Assembly: GCA_039588275.1 (NCBI GenBank)
Contig: JBDHAC010000033.1
Location: 1-36,435, forward strand
Reading direction: 5' to 3'
DNA from: Gemmatimonadota bacterium
Lineage (GTDB): Bacteria; Gemmatimonadota; Gemmatimonadetes; Palauibacterales; Palauibacteraceae
DNA length: 36,435 nt
Shown here: positions 19,693 to 26,910 of the stretch, one piece after another
Layout: the number at the start of each line of letters is the position of its first letter
Numbering within the stretch: the first letter of the stretch is position 1
The notes under the pieces: model-generated
Seen by the model: only the letters and a program-made list of their open reading frames with translations
What the model was told of the DNA's origin: nothing
Database searches by the model: none
Program-made: the position numbers and the translations under genes

Positions 19693-20175
19693 ATGCCGGT
19701 AGAGAAGTTGAAGGACTTCCTCGAGAGCGAGGGAGTCAAGTACGTGACCATCTCTCACTCCCAAGCGTTCACCGCCCAGGAGATCGCCGCCTCAGCGCAC
19801 ATTCCCGGGAGGGAGCTCGCCAAGTCCGTCATGGTCAAGGTCGATGGCAAGATGGCGATGGTCGTTCTCGCAGCCACCGATTTCGTTAGCCTGGAACGAC
19901 TCAGGGAGGCGGCGGGAGCGGGCGCCGTGGAGCTCGCGTCGGAGAGCGAGTTCAAGGACCTGTTCCCGAATTGCGAGCCCGGGGCCATGCCACCCTTCGG
20001 TAACCTCTGGGATATGGAAGTGTTCGCCGACGAGAGGCTGGCCCAGGATGAGCGGATCGCGTTCAACGCGGGTACGCACACCGAGCTCGTTCAGCTGGCG
20101 TATGCCGATTTTGAAAGGCTCGTGAAGCCGCGGGTGTTCCACGTTTCGACGCGAGAGCTCTCACCCACGGCGTGA
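19693..20175 (+). CDS. YbaK/EbsC (aminoacyl-tRNA deacylase-like) family protein
   Basis: GAGGAGG RBS; LAKSV, CEPGAMPPFG and FNAGTH motifs. Confidence 0.92.
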   Translation: MPVEKLKDFLESEGVKYVTISHSQAFTAQEIAASAHIPGRELAKSVMVKVDGKMAMVVLAATDFVSLERLREAAGAGAVELASESEFKDLFPNCEPGAMPPFGNLWDMEVFADERLAQDERIAFNAGTHTELVQLAYADFERLVKPRVFHVSTRELSPTA

Positions 20176-20276
20176 AGCGGTGCCCTCCGGGGTGCGGCCT
20201 GTTGACCGCGGCCCGGTGCGGCCCGGGTACCCGATAACCGGTTGGCCGCCACCGTCCGCCACGAGATGAGCTTACG

Positions 20277-20495
20277 TCACTCCACGACTTCTTCGACCCT
20301 GCAGCACAAAACGGGTCGAATGTCGGGACACTTGCCTATGCACATCCCGCCCCATGGGCTCCAGTAGTAGCGCAGGAGCTTCTCTCCCTGTGCGTGCAGT
20401 GCAGCCGGCCCACCATCAGCCACTGGACCCAGCGTAGGTGCCAGTCCGGGTGAGAGTGCCAGCAGAACCAGAGCCCATCGCAGATACCTCTTCAT
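20277..20495 (-). CDS. Secreted Cys-rich peptide 2 (72 aa precursor)
   Basis: GGAGG RBS before MKRYLRWALVLLAL; signal peptide; C-x3-C-x7-CC; clearly paralogous to 20548-20754. Confidence 0.8.
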   Translation of the reverse strand: MKRYLRWALVLLALSPGLAPTLGPVADGGPAALHAQGEKLLRYYWSPWGGMCIGKCPDIRPVLCCRVEEVVE

Positions 20496-20547
20496 GTTCC
20501 CCTCCATTTCCAGGTGTCGGAGAGTTCGCGGCGGTCTCGCCTGCGGC

Positions 20548-20754
20548 CTACTCCTCGACGAGATAGACGAGCCTGCAGCAGACCGCTCCCTCGGCGCAGT
20601 CGCTCCAACAGCCTTCGAGCCCCCACCAGTTGAAGTACAGGAAATCCGTTCCAGCGGCTCGCAGCGAACGCGGGCCCCCATCGAATCCCGGGTAAAGCCC
20701 CACTGCGGCCGCGCCGAAAACCAGGCACAGCACGAGTTTCTTGAGTCGATGCAT
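20548..20754 (-). CDS. Secreted Cys-rich peptide 1 (68 aa precursor)
   Basis: TAAGGAGG RBS; signal peptide MHRLKKLVLCLVFGAAAVG; C-x3-C-x5-CC. Confidence 0.82.
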   Translation of the reverse strand: MHRLKKLVLCLVFGAAAVGLYPGFDGGPRSLRAAGTDFLYFNWWGLEGCWSDCAEGAVCCRLVYLVEE

Positions 20755-20814
20755 TCTCTTCCTCCTTACTGCGAATGAGATCGTACGAGCAGTCTCTATG
20801 TAGAAAGCGGTCGT

Positions 20815-21336
20815 CTAGTCGCGTCCCCTCGATCGGGCGATCAGATGCGCGACCATCTCCCGCAGGGTGGGATCCGACCCGGCGCCGTCCCACGCCGCGC
20901 CTCGGCCGGGTCTCCAGAGGCCTCGGATCGTGTCGCGGAGACTCAGGTACAGCGCTGGAAGCTCCGTGCGCCCGAACGCCTTGCGGTACGCGTCCATGTC
21001 CAGCGAGCGATGGACCGTCTCGATTCGCTCCCGCTTCAGGAACGGCCTGGCCAGGTCCCCGGGGTCTTGCACCGCCACCGTCCAAAGCCGGAGGCGATCT
21101 CCATGTTCCGCCTGCAAGCGCCTCAGATCGTAGGCGGGCGTGAAGCAGCTCAGGCAGTCTTCGCCCCGGAACACCCAGGCGACCACGGGTGCCGTTCGAT
21201 CCGCTCCCCGCCAAGTCCCTGGCGTGGGGTCTCCCTGCCGTAGCCCGTCACCGTCACCGAAGCGCCCGATCGCGGCCGCGGACAGGGTCAGGATCGCCAT
21301 GAGCGCTATCGAGGCTTTAGAACGCCGAATTGCCAT
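20815..21336 (-). CDS. Exported thioredoxin-like (TlpA/ResA-like) protein
   Basis: N-terminal hydrophobic segment; VVAWVFRGEDCLSC (beta strand then CxxC); later TELPALYL at the cis-Pro-like position; overlaps the upstream gene. Confidence 0.75.
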   Translation of the reverse strand: MAIRRSKASIALMAILTLSAAAIGRFGDGDGLRQGDPTPGTWRGADRTAPVVAWVFRGEDCLSCFTPAYDLRRLQAEHGDRLRLWTVAVQDPGDLARPFLKRERIETVHRSLDMDAYRKAFGRTELPALYLSLRDTIRGLWRPGRGAAWDGAGSDPTLREMVAHLIARSRGRD

Positions 21337-22361
21337 CGGTTAGGCACCATCGCTCGAGGGTCGAGAAAGAAGATCGTGTCGCCGCGCGTGCTGAGGATCT
21401 GACCCCCGTTGCGCAGCTCGAACAGCGGCGCGCCGTCCCTGGAGAAGTGTGTCCAATGCCAGAGGTTCTCCGGCCCTTGCCTCTCGCCGAACAGCACCAG
21501 GAACGAGCGCGGCATGACGTGTACGGCCTGGATCGGGGTGAGTTGCGCTATCCATCGCTGGCGTGCCTCCACGGATCTCGACACGTCCTGTTTCGGCGGG
21601 ATGATCGTAAAGCCCTGAATGGGCACCGGAGTCTTACCGATCGGTCGGGGCGGCGACGCGGTCAGGCTGAACGCGTACACCGTATCCGTGAGCGAAAAGG
21701 TCGCGAATAGCGTGTCGGCCCGCCGGTCGAGACCCACAAAGCCGAGCGACAGCGCGGTGGCGGAAAGCTCGGGCGCCACGGGAACGGGAAAAAAGCTGGC
21801 CTCGATCCTCTCGCTGCCGAGGTTCCATACGTGAAGCAGCCGGGGCCGTGGGGAGCCCGGCTGTCGTCCCGCGAGCAGCAGACGCTCCGAGCTCAGGGGG
21901 AGCGCGTTGTACAAGGGAAACAGAGGTGGATCCTGCGTGTCCAGGACGGAGTCCGCGTTCGCCGTGAACACGGTCAGCCGGGCGTTCACGAAATCACCGG
22001 TCACCAGGCGTCCGTCCGGGAGCCGGTGCACCATGGCTGGTGAGCGGAACTCCCCAGGTCCGTCCCCCGGACCGCCGACCGCCGCGCGCAGAGAGCCATT
22101 GCGCCTGTACAGACGGACCTGGCTCTCCTTGAGATCCGCGACCAGGAACCCACCGTCTGCGTCATCGAAGAAGATCGGGGCCACGTTGATCACGCGGTCG
22201 TTCTCCTCCGCCTGGATCTCGCCGCGAAGGTCGACGACTTCCGTGAGGCTGACGGTCGGGCCTGCCGGATCCGCAGCCGGCGTCGGTACCGGGTGGTCGT
22301 CATCCCCGCAGGCCCCGAACGCCACCGCCAGGGCGAGAGTTGTCCGTGTGAGTTCACGCAT
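21306..22361 (-). CDS. Beta-propeller (6-bladed/NHL-like) lipoprotein
   Basis: Lipobox FGAC after MRELTRTTLALAVA; FLVAD...VRLY...GGPGDGPGEF NHL-like blade; repeated beta motifs. Confidence 0.82.
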   Translation of the reverse strand: MRELTRTTLALAVAFGACGDDDHPVPTPAADPAGPTVSLTEVVDLRGEIQAEENDRVINVAPIFFDDADGGFLVADLKESQVRLYRRNGSLRAAVGGPGDGPGEFRSPAMVHRLPDGRLVTGDFVNARLTVFTANADSVLDTQDPPLFPLYNALPLSSERLLLAGRQPGSPRPRLLHVWNLGSERIEASFFPVPVAPELSATALSLGFVGLDRRADTLFATFSLTDTVYAFSLTASPPRPIGKTPVPIQGFTIIPPKQDVSRSVEARQRWIAQLTPIQAVHVMPRSFLVLFGERQGPENLWHWTHFSRDGAPLFELRNGGQILSTRGDTIFFLDPRAMVPNRWQFGVLKPR

Positions 22362-22550
22362 GGGTGTGCCTTCTTCCTGGCGACGCGTCGTGGAGGGCGC
22401 ACCCCTCCACCGCGAACGCACCCCGAGGGTGCCGTCCGCCATCAACGGAATGTCAAAGCGGATGGGAGACGAAGTGACGGTGTGCGGGAGGTGAGGTGGC
22501 GGTGTGTGGGAGGCGAAGTGCCGGAGGCCGCGTGAGCCTCGCGGCTCCGC

Positions 22551-22868
22551 TCATGCCGTTTCGTCGGTGCCGGGCTCGGGGAGTGCAGCACGCTCGCGGT
22601 GGGAAAGGAGGTTCTCGACGAACTCCTGGCGCTCACCGATGAGATCGAGTTGTCTCTCGAGTGATTCGAACGCGCTCCTCAGCTCGGCGATCTCACCGCC
22701 GATCTTCGCGACCTGGCCTTTCTCGAGGCGGGCTTCGCGACGTTCCCGGACCGATTCCTCCATGAGCCCGCCCAGCCGCTTGAGAATCGGGGTCGTGATG
22801 ATGAAGCCTCCGATGATGAGGACCATGACGACGGTGAAGATCATCGCCCCGACTGTGTACGGATCCAT
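22551..22868 (-). CDS. Small membrane protein with C-terminal coiled coil
   Basis: GAGG RBS; one TM (MIFTVVMVLIIGGFII); heptads ending ERQEFVENLL. Confidence 0.75.
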   Translation of the reverse strand: MDPYTVGAMIFTVVMVLIIGGFIITTPILKRLGGLMEESVRERREARLEKGQVAKIGGEIAELRSAFESLERQLDLIGERQEFVENLLSHRERAALPEPGTDETA

Positions 22869-22996
22869 ATGCCGACCTCTACCCAAGCTCGCGTGGCTCA
22901 CCACCGGCACATTGGCGGGCAAACTTCAAGAAGCTACGGGAATCGCGGTGTGACGAACCAGAGTTGCCCGGCGAAGGCCAGGCTGGAGGAGGGGAT

Positions 22997-23030
22997 GAAG
23001 AAAGAGCCCCGGAGCCTGTCCGGGGCTCTT
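22997..23030 (-). terminator. Intrinsic terminator after the MPN paralog cluster
   Basis: Perfect 12-bp stem AAGAGCCCCGGA / TCCGGGGCTCTT with a 5-nt loop and a T-rich tail on the minus strand, about 70 nt after the stop at 23104. Confidence 0.75.
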
Positions 23031-23103
23031 CTCGCGCGGAGGCTGAAGCTCGGGAAGGGCGCGGTGACCGTCGCCAGGCCCACCCTGACCTTAACGCGGC
23101 CGA

Positions 23104-25332
23104 CTACCCACCTCGCGGCGGCGGACACTCCGACAGCTCGTAGTGAACGTCGATGACGGTTGCCTGTCGCCCCGCGCTGCGATATGCCTGAATTCCCGGT
23201 CCGGCGAACTGATCCCGTGCCGCCTCGAAGCGGCTGCCTAGTCGCCGGTAGGCATCCCTGACCGCCCGGTAGGACAGGTTCAGCGCGTTGCACCCCGCGA
23301 GCAGATCGTCGAACGCGATCCGCAGCGAGTCGTAGCGCGTCACTTCCTTGCGGAAGATCGTGAACGCGTCTTCGAAGGCCGCCACCGTGGGGTCGTCCAG
23401 CTGGAGTCCCTCGAGCCTCAGCAACACCGAGGTGTCGACAGCGGCAGCCACCGCCGGCGCTGCATCTGCTGAAGGGGACTCGGCGGCGGGAGTATTCTCT
23501 CGCTGTGAATCCGCGCTCGCGGCCGCGTCTTGCTCCGGTGTGGCGGTCGCCGGGGTCGCCTGCGGAGGAGCCTCTTCGAGCGCCGGATCGGCCGGTCCTG
23601 TCGCGCCCAAGCCCTCACGGTCGCTCTGCAGCGCCTCCTCCGTGGCCGAGGCTCCTCCGGTAAAGGAGCTGTCCCCCTCGGCCGTGATCGCGTCGGCCGT
23701 GATCGCTGCCGCGGGCATCTCTGGACCGACCCACAGGAACTCGGCCTCGGCTGTCTCGAGGGCGCCCGACCCGCGCGGGAACAGAGGCCCTTGACCGAGC
23801 GTCACGCCGGCCATCGATGCGTCGCGATCCTGGGTGGTCGGCAGCTCCCCCGTCGCGACGGGCAGCGGCGCATCTTCACGCGCGGACGCATCGCGTGCAC
23901 CACCCAGTCGCTCCAGGACGAGCCAGCCGCTACCCAGGAGGGCGACGAGGCCGGTCGCCGCCAGGGCGACTGTCCGCACCGGGATACGCGACTTGCGTCG
24001 AGATCCGCCGACCAACGTCTCGATGCTGTCGAAGGATGCCTGAGCGTCGGGCGGCTCGAGTCCGATGTACTCTGAGCTGACCGGCGGAAGCTGCACCGAA
24101 TCCGGTGGTACCCGCTGGCTTCGCACCGGCTCCGGAGTCGCGGGTACTGAACCGATCGGCTCCTTGCGGACGGACTCGGTCGAAGTCGCTCGGGATGCGG
24201 GAGCTGCAGCAGTGGGTGCGGCGTCGCGGGGCTCGGCGCTGATGGGGTCGGGGGGCGCGGTCGTCGCTTCCTCGTCCTCGAGCTCGACCGGGCTTGCGTC
24301 GGGAGTCGGTAGCTGAGCACCTAGACCGGTGGCAGCCGATGGCCCCAGCGTTCTCCCGACAGCGCTGAGCGACCGTCTGATCTGTACCTCTGACCAGCTC
24401 TCCTCGGCCTGGTCGGTCTCGTCGGTGGCGTCGGCGCTAACTGGAGCCGCCTCAGCGGTGGGTGTCGGGGCCGCGTGGACGGTCGGCCCCGGAGCCGGGT
24501 GGACGACCGGCACCGGATCTACCTCGGCGCCCGGCGCTTCACGAGGTGGAGATGACGTCCGCTCGAGCGGCTCGATGGGGGCGGGTGCTCGGTCGGCTCC
24601 GGGCTCGCTGGGGACCGGGCCGTCGGAATCAGTTTCGCGGGCTTCCTGGGTGGCTTCCGGGTCGGACGGGATAACCGAAGAAACGCCCGCCTTACCGGCC
24701 AGCGCGACCGAGAGGTCGGTTTGGTAGTTGGACCAACCGGCGAAGGTCCGCTTCCAACCTGGTGCAAACTCCGAGCTCGGATCGATCAGCTCGAAGAACG
24801 CGGCATACCCGCTCCTGCTCAACGCCCCGGTTTCGGTGCGCTGGAAGACTCCCCCGACCGGGTGTTCCGGGGTGCCCGCGAGGATCACCGCGCACTGCCA
24901 GGGCTCGCCAAAGCGAGTCTCCTGGAGTCGTGCCTCCTGCTCGGAGAGATAGACACCTGTGAGGGCATGCGTGCGGTACCAGCCGACGACCCTGTCGGCC
25001 TGCGCGGGGTCGATGACCTCCGCCAAGGCCGCCCACAGAATCTCCGCAGACGACTCCTCGGGGAGCAGTCGTCTCGCGCGAACGGCGACTTCCACGAGTA
25101 CCCACTTGCGCCCACAAGTCGGATCCTCGCGGACCCGACCGAGAAGGACACCCCCGACGGGCGCGTTTGGAGACGAAGACGCGTGCTCGCGCGCCTGCTT
25201 CAGAGCCGGTTGGCTGAACACGAGGTCCGCCCCAGCATCCGGAGCCACGCCGGTCGCCAGCTTTCGTGGCGTCCACAGGATGCTCTGGACAAAGGGCGGG
25301 GCTTCTGGCTGCCCGCTCTGACCGCCCGTCAT
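23104..25332 (-). CDS. Membrane-anchored JAB/MPN-like protein, paralog B (JAMM degenerate); alternative start 25485
   Basis: ILWTP, VGGVLLG, VGWYRTH...LSEQE, FGEPWQ, GGVFQR, FFE, WSNY; Pro/Ala/Glu linker; TM; GCNAL...SECPPP. Confidence 0.82.
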   Translation of the reverse strand: MTGGQSGQPEAPPFVQSILWTPRKLATGVAPDAGADLVFSQPALKQAREHASSSPNAPVGGVLLGRVREDPTCGRKWVLVEVAVRARRLLPEESSAEILWAALAEVIDPAQADRVVGWYRTHALTGVYLSEQEARLQETRFGEPWQCAVILAGTPEHPVGGVFQRTETGALSRSGYAAFFELIDPSSEFAPGWKRTFAGWSNYQTDLSVALAGKAGVSSVIPSDPEATQEARETDSDGPVPSEPGADRAPAPIEPLERTSSPPREAPGAEVDPVPVVHPAPGPTVHAAPTPTAEAAPVSADATDETDQAEESWSEVQIRRSLSAVGRTLGPSAATGLGAQLPTPDASPVELEDEEATTAPPDPISAEPRDAAPTAAAPASRATSTESVRKEPIGSVPATPEPVRSQRVPPDSVQLPPVSSEYIGLEPPDAQASFDSIETLVGGSRRKSRIPVRTVALAATGLVALLGSGWLVLERLGGARDASAREDAPLPVATGELPTTQDRDASMAGVTLGQGPLFPRGSGALETAEAEFLWVGPEMPAAAITADAITAEGDSSFTGGASATEEALQSDREGLGATGPADPALEEAPPQATPATATPEQDAAASADSQRENTPAAESPSADAAPAVAAAVDTSVLLRLEGLQLDDPTVAAFEDAFTIFRKEVTRYDSLRIAFDDLLAGCNALNLSYRAVRDAYRRLGSRFEAARDQFAGPGIQAYRSAGRQATVIDVHYELSECPPPRGG

Positions 25333-25532
25333 CTGTCCTTGATTCCCAGTCTTAGACACCGTGGCCTCGGCAAAAAATTCCGCTACCTCGCTACTTCGTA
25401 ACGGGGCGTACGATCCGGTCCGGCCCGTGGCAGCGCCCTGGTCGCACCGAATCGTCTTGTAGGACGCGCTTTCCTCCGATCTCATGCCTCGTCCAGGCGC
25501 GTGAAATCGCCCGTCATCCGAGGCTTGGGAGG

Positions 25533-25548
25533 TGCAAGAACGTGGCCG
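25533..25548 (-). promoter_or_regulatory. Possible sigma-54 (-24/-12) promoter
   Basis: Minus strand reads CGGCCACGTTCTTGCA, with GG-N10-GC spacing and TTGCA, in the gap upstream of paralog B. Confidence 0.35.
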
Positions 25549-25605
25549 CGTTCGGCAGCCGGAAAGGGGGGCGTTGCGGTGCTCTTGTCGGCGCTCCGAC
25601 CGGTG

Positions 25606-26910
25606 TTACGGCCGGTCGCAGCCGGAGCCTGAGAAGTGGCTGCTCACGTCGACCACCCGCAGTGCAGCCGCCTCGTATTCCGCACGTCCGTCACCCGGGG
25701 TGGCCAGGCTGAGGGCGGCGTAGGCCATGGCGGCCGCGCGGAAGTCCCGTTCGGCCCGCGACAGGCCCGAAGCGAGTGCGTCACACGAAGCCTCCGGGGG
25801 ACCCTCGAGCCTCGCGTACGCGTCCAGGGCGCTGCCAAGACTCGTCATGGCGCTGAGGAACGCGGCCTCCGGTGACGGTGGCTCGGAACGGTCCAATCCC
25901 GAGGCGTCCGCCTCGGTCGGCGCGGAGAACTCGAGCGCCGGCCCCAGACTCGGGCCAAGCCGCTCCCACCCGTACCAGCCGGCCAGGAACAGGGCGGCTG
26001 CAGCGACGACTGTGACGATGACTCCTCGCCCCCGAGATCGTCGAGAGCCCGTCGCGGGCGCATCGAGGCCGTCGTCCCCAGTCATCCAGACCAGGTCCTC
26101 CCGCGAGTCGGGCGTCTCGCCCCGCGATCGTCTGGGCCGGGTCGCCGGACCGCCCAGCCGCGGTGGAAGGACCCCCGCGCTTCCCGATCGAGCCTGACCG
26201 GACGCCAGATCCCGAAGTGAAGTGGGATCGATCAGATGAACGCGGTTGTCGGTGGTGTAGTTCTGCCAATGAATCATCGTCTGGCGGCTGCCGTCCGATC
26301 TCACCGTCCGCGGCAGCTCATAGAACGGTGCATACGCGGTGCGGGAGAACACCCCGCCTGGTCCTCGCTGGAACACCCCTCCGGCCGGATCCGAGCGCGC
26401 CACGAGGATGAGCGCGAACTGCCAGGGTTTCGAGAATTCTCGCTCGTGAAAGCGGCTTTCGGATTCCGTAAGGGTGACTCCGACGCGCGCATGACTGTGG
26501 TACCAACCGACGCGCACCAGAGTGCTGTCGTCCGCGTCGAACGCAGCCGGACCAAGCGCGGCCGTCAACGCGCGCGCATCACACGCTTCGGAGAGGGACA
26601 CGGTAGAGCGCCATACGGAATCAGCGCGCACCCACCGCCGGCCCGAGGTCGGGCAGCGGAATAGTCTGCCCACCAGGACCCCGCCGACATCCGAGTCCCC
26701 CCGCAGCACCTGTTCGAGGATCGTGGCGAGGGCAGACTGCGTGAGCACGATGTCCCACGCGGCAGCGATAGTCGTCTCCGTCACCCACAGCTTCCATGGG
26801 GTCCACAGAATGGCTTCCTCCCCGGGGTGTGGTCGCGGCCGAAGCGGTGGCACAACCGCCTCGCGTCTTTCCGCCTGCGGCTTCGAGGCCGATCGCGGCC
26901 GGTCGCTCAT
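25606..26910 (-). CDS. Membrane-anchored JAB/MPN-like protein, paralog C (HxH kept, other JAMM residues altered)
   Basis: ILWTP, DVGGVLVG, VGWYHSH...LTESE, FSKPWQ, GGVFQR, PFYE, WQNY; TM; SCDAL...SGCDRP; TGATG coupling to the upstream gene with AGGAGG RBS. Confidence 0.85.
   Translation of the reverse strand: MSDRPRSASKPQAERREAVVPPLRPRPHPGEEAILWTPWKLWVTETTIAAAWDIVLTQSALATILEQVLRGDSDVGGVLVGRLFRCPTSGRRWVRADSVWRSTVSLSEACDARALTAALGPAAFDADDSTLVRVGWYHSHARVGVTLTESESRFHEREFSKPWQFALILVARSDPAGGVFQRGPGGVFSRTAYAPFYELPRTVRSDGSRQTMIHWQNYTTDNRVHLIDPTSLRDLASGQARSGSAGVLPPRLGGPATRPRRSRGETPDSREDLVWMTGDDGLDAPATGSRRSRGRGVIVTVVAAAALFLAGWYGWERLGPSLGPALEFSAPTEADASGLDRSEPPSPEAAFLSAMTSLGSALDAYARLEGPPEASCDALASGLSRAERDFRAAAMAYAALSLATPGDGRAEYEAAALRVVDVSSHFSGSGCDRP

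Noticed and set aside
20277..20754. Classical RiPP (lanthipeptide, ranthipeptide) or double-glycine bacteriocin precursors
   Set aside because: Leaders are hydrophobic Sec-type, GG is followed by Pro, and no modifying enzyme or C39-ABC exporter is adjacent.
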